Made by a program: the position numbers and the translations under genes. Positions 1 through 9,001 of a stretch of DNA of 24,136 bases are shown one piece after another. This DNA comes from Gammaproteobacteria bacterium (lineage in GTDB: Bacteria; Pseudomonadota; Gammaproteobacteria; Steroidobacterales; Steroidobacteraceae): contig JAXDQN010000240.1 in assembly GCA_034667865.1 (NCBI GenBank), positions 1 through 24,136 of the forward strand. Direction: 5' to 3'. Under the pieces are notes generated by a model. It saw nothing but the letters and a program-made list of their open reading frames with translations, searched no databases and was not told where the DNA came from. The first letter of the stretch is position 1, and every line of letters starts with the position of its first letter.

Positions 1-2
1 CC

Positions 3-1034
3 GACAGCTCACGAGAATTGCCACCGTATCAGTGGCAGCTTCCGCCCGGCTTTCCGCCGCCGACGATTCCCGCGGACAATCCGATGTCGGATGCAAAAGT
101 CGCGCTCGGCAAACGCCTGTTCTACGAGACGCGCTTGTCGCCCACCGGCGCCTATTCCTGCGCCACTTGTCACCGCGAGGAACTGGCTTTTACCGACGGC
201 AGGCCGCATGCCGTCGGCGCTACCGGCGAGCCGGTGCGGCGCGCAGCCATGAGCTTGGCCAATGTCGCCTACAGCCCCGCCCTCACCTGGGGCGATCCGC
301 GAGTACGCAGCTTGGAGGCGCAGATGCGCACGCCGCTGTTCAATCGGCACCCGGTGGAAATGGGACTGCATGCCGACGGCCGGAAAGCCATGGCAGCACT
401 GTCACTCGATGACGGGTACGCGGCGCAATTTTCCGCCGCGTTCCCGGACGCAACTGTCCCGATGTCGATGGATCACCTCATCAAGGCGATCGCAGCCTTC
501 GAACGCACGCTCATCTCGGGCCGATCAGCTTTCGATCGTTATGTTTTCTCGGACGACTCGCAGGCGATGAGCGAGCCGGCCAAGCGGGGAATGAGTTTGT
601 TTTTCTCGGCGCGCATCGGCTGCTCGGAATGCCACTCGGGCATAAATTTTTCCGGTCCTCTCATATATCAAGGCCACGAGAAAGCCGGCGCGCTGTTCGC
701 CAATAACGGCCTCTACAGCTTAAACGCTCACGGCGACTATCCGCGCTCCGATCAGGGTTTGATGGAAGTCACACATCGGCCGGCCGATATGGGCAAATTT
801 CGCGTGCCGACGTTGCGCAATATCGCGCTGACCGCTCCTTACATGCACGACGGCAGCCTGGCCACCTTGCAGCAGGTACTGGATCACTATTCGCGTGGCG
901 GACAGCACAATCCGCATCAGGACGCGAGAGTCAGACCGACGCCGCTGTCGGCCGCGGAACGCGCTGAATTGCTGGAATTTTTGCACAGTCTCAGCGACGC
1001 TGATTTCGTGAAAGACCCGAGATTTCGGCCGTAG
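3..1034 (+). CDS. Di-heme cytochrome c peroxidase/MauG superfamily enzyme, MbnH (MXAN_0977)-like; 5' partial
   Basis: Two CxxCH heme motifs (CATCH, CSECH), N-terminal WQLPPGFPPP...DNP...KVALGKRLFY and C-terminal GKFRVPTLRNIALTAPYMHDGS. The frame stays open to the left edge (D-S-S-R-E before the TTG at 18) and no signal peptide is present, so the real start lies upstream of the window. Confidence 0.85.
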   Translation, partial: DSSRELPPYQWQLPPGFPPPTIPADNPMSDAKVALGKRLFYETRLSPTGAYSCATCHREELAFTDGRPHAVGATGEPVRRAAMSLANVAYSPALTWGDPRVRSLEAQMRTPLFNRHPVEMGLHADGRKAMAALSLDDGYAAQFSAAFPDATVPMSMDHLIKAIAAFERTLISGRSAFDRYVFSDDSQAMSEPAKRGMSLFFSARIGCSECHSGINFSGPLIYQGHEKAGALFANNGLYSLNAHGDYPRSDQGLMEVTHRPADMGKFRVPTLRNIALTAPYMHDGSLATLQQVLDHYSRGGQHNPHQDARVRPTPLSAAERAELLEFLHSLSDADFVKDPRFRP

Positions 1035-1128
1035 CAGCACATTTTCCGCGTTTATTGAACCGCGTCGCGGTAAAAAACGGCTGGTGCGCCGAGTATCGCA
1101 AGCTGCGCTTTGGCAATAAGTCGGCCGC

Positions 1129-3123
1129 TTGAACCACCACGACATAACCCCTGCGAAACCTGCTCCCGACCGTCAGTTGCGCACACGGCTGATACTGGCG
1201 GTTGCCTTGAGTTACGCCATCGATGGCCTGATTCTCAGCGGCTTTGCGGCGGCAGGCGTCATCAGCTTCGAAGTGCCGCTGCTGTACACCCTCGCCGGCT
1301 TGTCGACCATGGCGGCCTTTTGGCTGCTGCGCATGTGGGCGCTCAAGCGCAACTTCGGCGACGGCGAATTCGCACTGTCCCAGGTGATTGTCGCCAGCGC
1401 ACTGCTGCTCAGCTTCGCTGCCGCCACGCCGCCTTTGGCATTCTATTTTTTCACCGTGCTGTTCGTCGTGTTCGGCTGCGGGAGTCTCGGCCTATCGGGC
1501 CGACAGTCCGCAATTGCGTGGGTGGCTGTGGCCATTGCGGCCGCGATGACCATGTCGGCCGTTCACGCGCGCATCGTCATTCCGCAAGACTCCACGTTGG
1601 CTCGCACACTGGTGCTGTTGTGCTTCGTTGCCACTCTCGGGCGATGCATATTGCTGGGCAGCTTGGCTCGTAGCCTGCGCATGCGGCTGCAGGATCGCCG
1701 CCGGCAGTTGCGCGAGTCGGTGCGCATGCTGGAAGAGCGCGACAAATCGCTGGCGCAAGTGAATCTGGAATTGAAACGGCAGGCCACGCACGACGCCCTC
1801 ACCGGCATCGCCAACCGGGTGTTGTTCGTCGAGCAACTGCAGCGCGCCGTCGCTCAGCCGCAGCCATTCGCAGTATGCGTCTTCGATCTGGATCGTTTCA
1901 AAATCATCAACGATTCGCTGGGCCATGGCGCAGGCGATGCGCTGCTCAAGCACGTGTCCGACCGGCTGCTGTCCATCACCCGTGCCTCGGACACGGTGGC
2001 GCGCGCCGGTGGCGATGAATTCCTGCTGCTGCTGCGCGACATGCGCTCCGCAGAAGAAATCGAAGCTTTGATCGCGCGCTGGATGCTGGCGCTGGCCCAG
2101 CCCTATCATCTCACCGGACTGGAATTGCATGTCAATCCGAGCATTGGCATTGCGCGTTATCCAAAGGATGGCACGCTCGCCGAAGAACTCTTGGCGCGCG
2201 CCGACGAGGCGATGTATTACGCCAAGCGCACTGGGCGCAATACCTTCCGATTCTTCGATTCCAGCGTCATGGGCTTCTCGCGCGAACGCTTGGAGATCGA
2301 AGCGGAGCTGCGCGGCGCACTGGCACAGGGTCAGCTGGTATTGCACTACCAGCCGAAGATCGACATCGCCACCGGCGAAATGCGCAGCGTCGAGGCGCTG
2401 ATCCGTTGGAATCATCCGACGCGCGGCGCCGTGCTGCCGGGAGAATTCATTCCGATCGCCGAAGAGAGCGGCCTGATTCTGGAAATCGGCGACTGGGTGA
2501 TTCGCGAGGCGTGCCGGCAAGCATGTGAATGGCAGCGGCAAGGAATGCCGTTCTTGCGGGTTGCGGTCAATGTATCGCCGCTGCAATTCCGCCAGGCCAA
2601 CTTCGTCAAGAAACTCAGCGCCGCACTGAAGGAATTCTCCTTGGAAGCGACTTTTCTCGAGATCGAGTTGACCGAGGCGACGTTGATGAGCAACGCTGAA
2701 AGCTCCGTCACCTTGCTGAACGAATTGAGCCAGCTCGGCGTGGTCGTCGCCGTCGATGATTTTGGCACCGGTTATTCCAGCATGAGTTATTTGCAGCGCT
2801 TTCCAATCGACAAACTCAAGATCGACCGCAGCTTCATCAGTGATGTGGCCTCAAACGCCGGCGATGCGTCGATCGTGCGCGCCATCATCTCCTTGGCGCA
2901 CGGACTGCGCCTGAAAGTCATTGCGGAAGGCGTGGAGTCCGAACAGCAGCTTGGAATTCTGCGCCGCATGGGCTGCGATCAATATCAAGGCTTCTATCGC
3001 AGCGCCGCCGTTCCGGCCATCGACATCGAGCGTTTCGCGCGGCGCGATCAGCGTCTGCAGCCGCACGGCGAGACCGATATCGATCGCACTCACAGCAAGT
3101 TGTTCCGTCTGCGCGAAGCGTAA
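1129..3123 (+). CDS. Membrane-anchored diguanylate cyclase/phosphodiesterase (multi-TM + GGDEF + EAL)
   Basis: Hydrophobic N-terminal ~180 aa; DALTGIANR, DLDRFKIINDSLGH, RASD...GGDEF; EAL, VNVS, ELTE, DDFGTGYSS, KIDRSF, EGVE, QG. The TTG start is uncertain (weak RBS). Confidence 0.93.
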   Translation: MNHHDITPAKPAPDRQLRTRLILAVALSYAIDGLILSGFAAAGVISFEVPLLYTLAGLSTMAAFWLLRMWALKRNFGDGEFALSQVIVASALLLSFAAATPPLAFYFFTVLFVVFGCGSLGLSGRQSAIAWVAVAIAAAMTMSAVHARIVIPQDSTLARTLVLLCFVATLGRCILLGSLARSLRMRLQDRRRQLRESVRMLEERDKSLAQVNLELKRQATHDALTGIANRVLFVEQLQRAVAQPQPFAVCVFDLDRFKIINDSLGHGAGDALLKHVSDRLLSITRASDTVARAGGDEFLLLLRDMRSAEEIEALIARWMLALAQPYHLTGLELHVNPSIGIARYPKDGTLAEELLARADEAMYYAKRTGRNTFRFFDSSVMGFSRERLEIEAELRGALAQGQLVLHYQPKIDIATGEMRSVEALIRWNHPTRGAVLPGEFIPIAEESGLILEIGDWVIREACRQACEWQRQGMPFLRVAVNVSPLQFRQANFVKKLSAALKEFSLEATFLEIELTEATLMSNAESSVTLLNELSQLGVVVAVDDFGTGYSSMSYLQRFPIDKLKIDRSFISDVASNAGDASIVRAIISLAHGLRLKVIAEGVESEQQLGILRRMGCDQYQGFYRSAAVPAIDIERFARRDQRLQPHGETDIDRTHSKLFRLREA

Positions 3124-3141
3124 AGCCGTAGAATTGGCGCC

Positions 3142-4053
3142 ATGAGCGTGCCAGCGACCGCCGATCCTCTCTTTTGGGAAACCCGCAAGGGCGGACTGTT
3201 GTTGGCCAGTCTGGGCGCGGTGGCATTTTCCGGCAAAGCCATCATCGTCAAGCTGGCCTATCGCTACGGGGTGGATGCCGTCACCCTCATCATGTATCGG
3301 ATGTTGTTTGCCCTGCCCTTGTTCCTATTGCTGGCATGGCATGCAGGCCGGGGCAAGGCTGCGCTCACTGGGCGCGACTGGCGCACCATCTTAGGGTTGG
3401 GTTTCTGCGGCTACTACCTGGCGAGCTTCCTGGATTTCGCCGGGCTGGCCTATGTGAGCGCCAGCTTGGAGCGCCTCATCCTGTATCTCAATCCCACCAT
3501 TGTGTTGCTGCTCGGGGTGACTTTTTTTCGCAAGCGCGTCACGCGTGCGCAAATTGCGGCATTGGCGGTGAGTTATTGCGGCGTACTGTGCGTATTCGGT
3601 CGGGAAGTGTCTTTGACCGGGAACAATGTGCCGCTGGGCGCAACGTTGGTTTTTAGCAGCGCGGTCAGCTATGCCGTGTACTTGGTTTACAGCGGCGAGG
3701 AAGTGCGACGCCTGGGCGCGCTGCGGCTTACCGGGCTGGCGACCTCGGTCGCCTGCATCATCTGCATCGCCCAATTTTTTCTACTGCGTCCTGTTTCGGC
3801 CCGGGCGGTCGCGGCACCGGTTGTATGGCTCTCGGTCCTGAATGCCACCGCCTGCACCTTCGCCCCCGTGCTGATGGTGATGATGGCGATCGAGCGCATC
3901 GGCGCCACTCTGACGGCACAGGCCGGAACCATCGGGCCGTTGTCCACCATCCTGATGGCTGTCCTTGTGCTCGGGGAACCCTTCACACCGTGGGTGGCGG
4001 CCGGAACCGCGCTGGTACTGGCGGGAATCTGGCTGCTGACGAGACAGGCATGA
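3142..4053 (+). CDS. EamA/DMT family transporter
   Basis: 303 aa, about 10 hydrophobic segments in two repeats; LERLILYLNPTIV and GPLSTILMAVLVLGEPFT motifs. Confidence 0.9.
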   Translation: MSVPATADPLFWETRKGGLLLASLGAVAFSGKAIIVKLAYRYGVDAVTLIMYRMLFALPLFLLLAWHAGRGKAALTGRDWRTILGLGFCGYYLASFLDFAGLAYVSASLERLILYLNPTIVLLLGVTFFRKRVTRAQIAALAVSYCGVLCVFGREVSLTGNNVPLGATLVFSSAVSYAVYLVYSGEEVRRLGALRLTGLATSVACIICIAQFFLLRPVSARAVAAPVVWLSVLNATACTFAPVLMVMMAIERIGATLTAQAGTIGPLSTILMAVLVLGEPFTPWVAAGTALVLAGIWLLTRQA

Positions 4054-4868
4054 AGGGCACCCATGGCTGGCATGAACAGGTGCCTGAAGCGGCCGCAGCC
4101 GGCTTGATGATCGTGCATGGAATTGCGGAACACGCCGGTCGCTATCGCCACGTCCCGCAAGCGCTGGCGCGCCACGGCATCGCCTGCTTCGCCTACGATC
4201 AGCGCGGGCATGGACGCCACCCCGGCAGGCGCACCGATATCGAGGACTTCGATCACTTCGCGGCCGATCTGGAAACCGTGGGCCAGACATTGCGGCAACG
4301 ATTTCCCAGGCTGCCGCTGTTCGTCTGGGGACACAGCATGGGCTCAGTGATTGTCACGTTGGCAGCCATCGACCGGTTGCGCTGGGCGCGCGGCATCATC
4401 ACCACCGGACATGCGCTGCATGCGCTACCCAACCTCGACGGAGCGACCGGGACAGCCATCAAATTCGCAGCCAAATTGGCGCCGCGATTTCGCGTCCGCC
4501 TAGGTATCGATGGCGCCAAGCTCACGCAGGTGCTCGAGACGCAGCGCGCGCACATGGCCGATCCGCTGATAGCGCGCAGCGCCAGCCTGCGGCTGCTGTT
4601 GGGCTTCGCCACCGGCTGCGAAACTTGCGCGCGCAGCCTGCCCAAGATCGCGCAACCGTGGCTGGCCGTGCATGGCGAGGCGGATGGCGTTTGCCCGCCG
4701 AGCGGCTCCGCGGCAGTGGTGGCGCAACTCGGCTCCGCGGATAAGACCTTGGTGAGCTACCCGGGACTGTTGCACGAAGTTCACAATGAGGATGCGGCTG
4801 CGCGCGCAGTGTTATTCGAACTCATGAGTGACTGGATGCTGGCGCGCAGCGGCTCCGCGGCCGCCTAA
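4050..4868 (+). CDS. Alpha/beta hydrolase, lysophospholipase/monoacylglycerol lipase-like (272 aa)
   Basis: VHGIAEHAGRY, YDQRGHG, GHSMG nucleophile elbow, HGEAD and HEVHNE. The ATG at 4050 overlaps the DMT stop (ATGA), so the ORF-track start at 3825 is not used. Confidence 0.9.
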   Translation: MKGTHGWHEQVPEAAAAGLMIVHGIAEHAGRYRHVPQALARHGIACFAYDQRGHGRHPGRRTDIEDFDHFAADLETVGQTLRQRFPRLPLFVWGHSMGSVIVTLAAIDRLRWARGIITTGHALHALPNLDGATGTAIKFAAKLAPRFRVRLGIDGAKLTQVLETQRAHMADPLIARSASLRLLLGFATGCETCARSLPKIAQPWLAVHGEADGVCPPSGSAAVVAQLGSADKTLVSYPGLLHEVHNEDAAARAVLFELMSDWMLARSGSAAA

Positions 4869-4967
4869 TCCTGCACAGCGGAACTATCTAAATTTATTTC
4901 CGTCCGGCGCATCCGGGCTTACACTGCCGCTCCGATCACAAACCATAATCTCACTGGGAGTTTCCGA

Positions 4968-6254
4968 ATGCGTCTATTGCGACTGCCTGCATTTTTCTTG
5001 GCTGCAGTTCTGGGATCCTCGACCAGCTGGGCCGCGAGTCATGACTTGCCGACGGCCAGTGCCAATAGCGAAGGCATGTCTGCCGAACGCCTGGCCAAAC
5101 TCAACGACGCGATGAAAGCGCTAGTGGATCAGGGCCGCTTGGCGGGTACGGTCACGATGGTGTCGCGCCACGGCAAGGTGGTGGAATTCGACGCCAACGG
5201 CAAACGCGATATTGCAGCGAATGCTCCCATGCAGAAGGACAGCATCTTTCGCATTTATTCGATGACCAAACCCATCACCGGCGTGGCGATGATGATGTTG
5301 TTCGAGGAAGGCAAGTGGCAGCTGAATGATCCGGTGTCCAAATACATTCCGGAGTTCGCGGGCCTAAAGGTCTATGGCACTGACGCCGCCAACAACATGG
5401 TCATGAAGGATCAGGTTCATCCGGTCACCATGCGCGAGCTGATGTCGCATACCGGCGGATTTACCTACGGCATCTTCAGCAACACGCCGGCCGACAAGGC
5501 GCAGCGCGAAGCCAATGTCCTCGACGTCAACATTACGCTGGATGAATTCATCAAGCGCGTCGCCAAGGTGCCGCTGAACACCCAACCCGGGACCGAATGG
5601 CACTACAGCATCTCGGTCGATATTCAGGGTTACATCGTGCAGAAGCTTTCCGGCATGCCCTTCGAGGAATTCCTCGAGAAGCGCATCTTCAAGCCCTTGG
5701 GTATGAGCGATACCGGCTTTTATGTACCGAAGGAAAAGCTCGGACGGTTGGCTGAATTCTATAGCTACGACAAGGACGGTAAATTCGTGGTGGTCGGCGC
5801 CAAGGATGGGTTGAATCATGATTTCTCCGCAAAACCGGCCTTCGCCTCGGGCGGCGGCGGATTGGTTTCCACCGCGACCGACTACATGCGCTTCTGCCAG
5901 ATGCTGTTGAATGGCGGCGAGTTGGACGGCGTGCGCTTGTTGTCGCCAAAGACTGTCGAACTCATGCACACCAACATGATCGCTCCCGGTCTGAACGTCT
6001 TCGGACTGGAGGCGGGGTTCGGTTTGGATTTCGCGATCTACACCAATCCGGTGGCGGCCGGCGGTTACTACGGCAAGGATACTTTCTGGTGGGGCGGCGC
6101 CGCCGGCACTTGGTTTTGGATCGATCCGGTTAACGACCTCATCGTCATCGGCATGATCCAACAGGTGGCCGGCACCGGTGCGGCCGCAACGGGAGTGATT
6201 CCCGATGTGCGCGGTTTATCTCACGCCCTCACCTATCAATCCGTCATTAAGTAA
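4968..6254 (+). CDS. Secreted serine hydrolase, beta-lactamase family (class C/EstB-like)
   Basis: Signal peptide, SxxK (YSMTK), LMSHTGG, WHYSIS, WGGAAGT; RBS GGGAG 7 nt before the ATG. Confidence 0.9.
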   Translation: MRLLRLPAFFLAAVLGSSTSWAASHDLPTASANSEGMSAERLAKLNDAMKALVDQGRLAGTVTMVSRHGKVVEFDANGKRDIAANAPMQKDSIFRIYSMTKPITGVAMMMLFEEGKWQLNDPVSKYIPEFAGLKVYGTDAANNMVMKDQVHPVTMRELMSHTGGFTYGIFSNTPADKAQREANVLDVNITLDEFIKRVAKVPLNTQPGTEWHYSISVDIQGYIVQKLSGMPFEEFLEKRIFKPLGMSDTGFYVPKEKLGRLAEFYSYDKDGKFVVVGAKDGLNHDFSAKPAFASGGGGLVSTATDYMRFCQMLLNGGELDGVRLLSPKTVELMHTNMIAPGLNVFGLEAGFGLDFAIYTNPVAAGGYYGKDTFWWGGAAGTWFWIDPVNDLIVIGMIQQVAGTGAAATGVIPDVRGLSHALTYQSVIK

Positions 6255-6276
6255 AGCACCAAGCGTTCGGAATTCT

Positions 6277-6313
6277 CACAGCCGATCCGATCTGGATCGG
6301 CTGTGCTTCTCTT
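6277..6313 (+). terminator. Probable intrinsic terminator hairpin after the serine hydrolase gene
   Basis: Perfect 12-bp stem CACAGCCGATCC / GGATCGGCTGTG with a 5-nt loop, followed by pyrimidine-rich CTTCTCTT (weak U tract). Confidence 0.6.
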
Positions 6314-6569
6314 GCGGTCTTAACTTTTCTTTGCAATCCAATATATCTGTCTTGCGAAACGCCGGAGTAGCATCTGCCTCGGGGTCGTTGCGCTTGAGCG
6401 CGTAGTCTTTTGCATTACGCACGTTGACAGAGTCAATTTGATGCGAGACCGATGTTCCATATGCGGTTCATCGGTCCAGAAATGCGGCGCGAGCAAAAAG
6501 CGTGGCAACTATGAAGTGAACGGCAAAGCACGTTTACCGTTAAAACGCATAAACAATATTGAGGATTCT

Positions 6570-8750
6570 ATGACTACCTATGCTTATACGCTGTACAAGC
6601 GCGCTGGCGCGCTTGTACTCATTGGGCTGGTTGCCGCAACCACAGGGTGTGGCAGCTCCAACGGTGGAGCGACCACGCCTCCCCCAACGACGCCTCCTCC
6701 GGCCGCGCCGCCGCCGCCACCACCGACCGGCATCGTCACTTTCACCATCAGCTCAACCACCGCGCCCTTGCCGAGTGAGATGCCGACTTTTGAAGGCAAG
6801 ACATTCGGACCCGTGGGCACGTACGACAAAATCCGCGGCACCGCGGCCGGCAAATTGGATCCGAAGGATCCGAAGAACGCCGACATCACCGACATCGCGC
6901 TCGCGCCGACCGATGCCAACGGCCTGGTCGATTACAACGTCGACTTCTACATCCTCAAGCCATCCGATCTGACCAAGGGCAACCACAAGGTGTTCTTCGA
7001 GCTGGTGAATCGCGGCAGCAAACAGTTCGGACCACTGAACTTGTCGGGCGGCGGAAACGATCCGAAGACCGCAGCTGACGCCGGTACCGCATTCCTGGAG
7101 AACATGGGCTACACCATGGTCTGGACGGGATGGGAGTCCACGGTGTCCCGCGCCAACAGCTCCATGGGAGTCACGACACCGGTGGCGGTGAATGCCGACG
7201 GCAGCCCCATCACCGGCCCGGTGTATGAGTACCTGGAGTCCGACTCGGCCACGACGACCTCGATGAGCACCACCTACTCCACCAGCACCATGGACACCAC
7301 CAAGGCCACGCTGACGGTGAAGGCTCACTTGACCGACGCACCCACCACCATCGATCCGACTGCCTGGGTCTGGACCAGCGCGACCACCATTGCGCTGCTG
7401 CCCTCGGGCACGAAGTTCACGGCCGGCTCGATCTATGAGTTGGTGTACACCGCGCAGAATCCCTGGGTGGCCGGCATCGGCTTCGCGGCGGTTCGCGACC
7501 TGATGTCCTTCCTGCGCTATGCGAAGACCGACGTCACCAGCGGCACGGCCAACCCGTTGGCCGGCGATGTGACTCGCATGGTGACTTACACACTCTCGCA
7601 GCCCTCGCGCACCATGAACGACTTCATCTGGCTGGGTTTCAACCAGGACTTGAACGGCAAGCAGGTAGTCGATGGCATGTTCAGCTGGGTGGGCGCCGGT
7701 GACGGCGTTGCGCTCAACTATCGCTTCGAGCAGTCCGGCATGACGGAACGCAATCGTCAGCAACACTTCTATCCTGAAGCGGTGTTCCCCTTCGCCTATC
7801 CCACCATCACCGACACGCTGTCGGGCAAGACGGACGGCAAATTTGCACGCTGCTCAGCCACCAACACCTGTCCGACAGTGATGAACATCAACTCGGCCAA
7901 TGAGTATTGGGTCAAGGCGGGCTCGACTCTGCACACCGACAGTGCCGGCAATGATTTGCCCGAGCTGCCGAACGTGCGCAACTACTTGATCTCGAGCGCG
8001 CAGCACGCCACACCGGGTGCGGCGAATTCGCTGGGCGTGTGTCAGCAGTTCGTGAATTCCACCGACCAGTTCCCGGCGTTGCGCGCGCTGTTCGTCGACC
8101 TGGATCAGTGGCTCGACGGCACCCCGCCGCCGGACAGCATGGTTCCGAGCCGCCACGATGGCACTGCCGTATTCGCGCAAGTCACCGCCAACACGCCGTT
8201 GGGCATCGGCACAGTACCGCAGGCGGATCTGGGTTTCCCCACCATCCCCGGCGTGCTCTACACCGGCTTGGTCACGATTCACAACCTGTTCAACTGGGGT
8301 CCGGACTTCGACAAGGGCATCATCGCCAATGCGGAACCGGTCGCGACCGGCAAGACCTACCTGAACTTCGTCTCCAAGGTGGATTCAGATGGCAACGAGC
8401 TGGCCGGCATTCGCCTGCCGCCCGTAGCCGTGCCTGTCGCCACCACGGCGGGCTGGAACCTACGGTCCACCGCGCTCGGCGGCCCCGATGGCTGCGAGTC
8501 TTCGGGTTCGCTGATTCCGTTCGCGGCGCATGCGGCCGACCGCACGCTGGCAACCGGCACGGACCCGCGCCCTTCACTGGATGAGCGTTATGGTTCGCAC
8601 GGTGCCTATGTCGCGGCGGTCACGGTCGCTGCGACCGAGTTGATGAACCAGCGCCTGCTGCTGCCGGCCGACGTGCAGACCTACATCACCAATGCGGCGA
8701 AGCCCATCAACGTGTCCAACAATCCGATTTACGGATCGTATATGTGGTAA
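6570..8750 (+). CDS. Putative lipoprotein with a large alpha/beta-hydrolase-like domain (726 aa) and a Pro-rich linker
   Basis: GAGG RBS before ATG 6570; signal with lipobox-like TTGC; TTPPPTTPPPAAPPPPPPT linker; family motifs ELVNRG, GYTMVWTGW, GIGFAAVRD, SQPSR, EYW, VDSDGNELAGIRLP, RPSLDERY, LLLPAD. Confidence 0.8.
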   Translation: MTTYAYTLYKRAGALVLIGLVAATTGCGSSNGGATTPPPTTPPPAAPPPPPPTGIVTFTISSTTAPLPSEMPTFEGKTFGPVGTYDKIRGTAAGKLDPKDPKNADITDIALAPTDANGLVDYNVDFYILKPSDLTKGNHKVFFELVNRGSKQFGPLNLSGGGNDPKTAADAGTAFLENMGYTMVWTGWESTVSRANSSMGVTTPVAVNADGSPITGPVYEYLESDSATTTSMSTTYSTSTMDTTKATLTVKAHLTDAPTTIDPTAWVWTSATTIALLPSGTKFTAGSIYELVYTAQNPWVAGIGFAAVRDLMSFLRYAKTDVTSGTANPLAGDVTRMVTYTLSQPSRTMNDFIWLGFNQDLNGKQVVDGMFSWVGAGDGVALNYRFEQSGMTERNRQQHFYPEAVFPFAYPTITDTLSGKTDGKFARCSATNTCPTVMNINSANEYWVKAGSTLHTDSAGNDLPELPNVRNYLISSAQHATPGAANSLGVCQQFVNSTDQFPALRALFVDLDQWLDGTPPPDSMVPSRHDGTAVFAQVTANTPLGIGTVPQADLGFPTIPGVLYTGLVTIHNLFNWGPDFDKGIIANAEPVATGKTYLNFVSKVDSDGNELAGIRLPPVAVPVATTAGWNLRSTALGGPDGCESSGSLIPFAAHAADRTLATGTDPRPSLDERYGSHGAYVAAVTVAATELMNQRLLLPADVQTYITNAAKPINVSNNPIYGSYMW

Positions 8751-8768
8751 CAGTCTCTCGATGATACT

Positions 8769-8803
8769 TGCCGCCGCTTCGAAGGAAGCGGCGGCATTTT
8801 TTT
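8769..8803 (+). terminator. Rho-independent terminator
   Basis: 12-bp stem TGCCGCCGCTTC / GAAGCGGCGGCA, 4-nt loop, then a T7 run, 18 nt after the stop codon. Confidence 0.9.
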
Positions 8804-9001
8804 GCCCGCAGGTTTTAACGCGATACATCGAAGACGGAATTTTACGTTGTCTTGACATCCCGGGTGATAACTTGCCGTTGGACAGTCGAGGAACGCCATG
8901 GACACTCATTCAGCCAAGACCAGCATCACCTCAGACCTCAGTAAACCGCCGCGCGCGCGGCGCTTCCCCAAGCCGATCGCCATTGCGGCGAGGTAACTTG
9001 A

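Noticed and set aside
1059-1077. ACCGC-GTC-GCGGT followed by A6 as a terminator
   Set aside because: The stem is only 5 bp, and the A run would serve the minus strand, where no gene ends.
1492-2586. Long antisense and alternate-frame ORFs (also 5364-6161, 6753-7766, 9967-10926, 14186-14992, 17964-18683)
   Set aside because: Shadow ORFs expected in high-GC coding DNA; no recognisable motifs, and they overlap well-supported genes.
3825-4049. N-terminal extension of the hydrolase ORF (347-aa version)
   Set aside because: It overlaps the DMT gene in another frame; ATG 4050 with ATGA coupling gives a normal-sized enzyme.
4968-6254. Possible antibiotic-resistance beta-lactamase
   Set aside because: The SxxK fold is shared with many esterases and amidases; no class A/C-specific evidence or mobile context.
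6438-6569. Upstream start for the lipoprotein hydrolase (770-aa version)
   Set aside because: It crosses AT-rich intergenic DNA; the RBS and signal peptide point to ATG 6570.
6672-6727. CCG/CCT-rich low-complexity run resembling a repeat element
   Set aside because: Fully explained by the poly-Pro linker of the encoded protein.
8852-8857. TTGACA as a promoter for the 9002 ORF
   Set aside because: No -10-like hexamer at 16-18 nt spacing.
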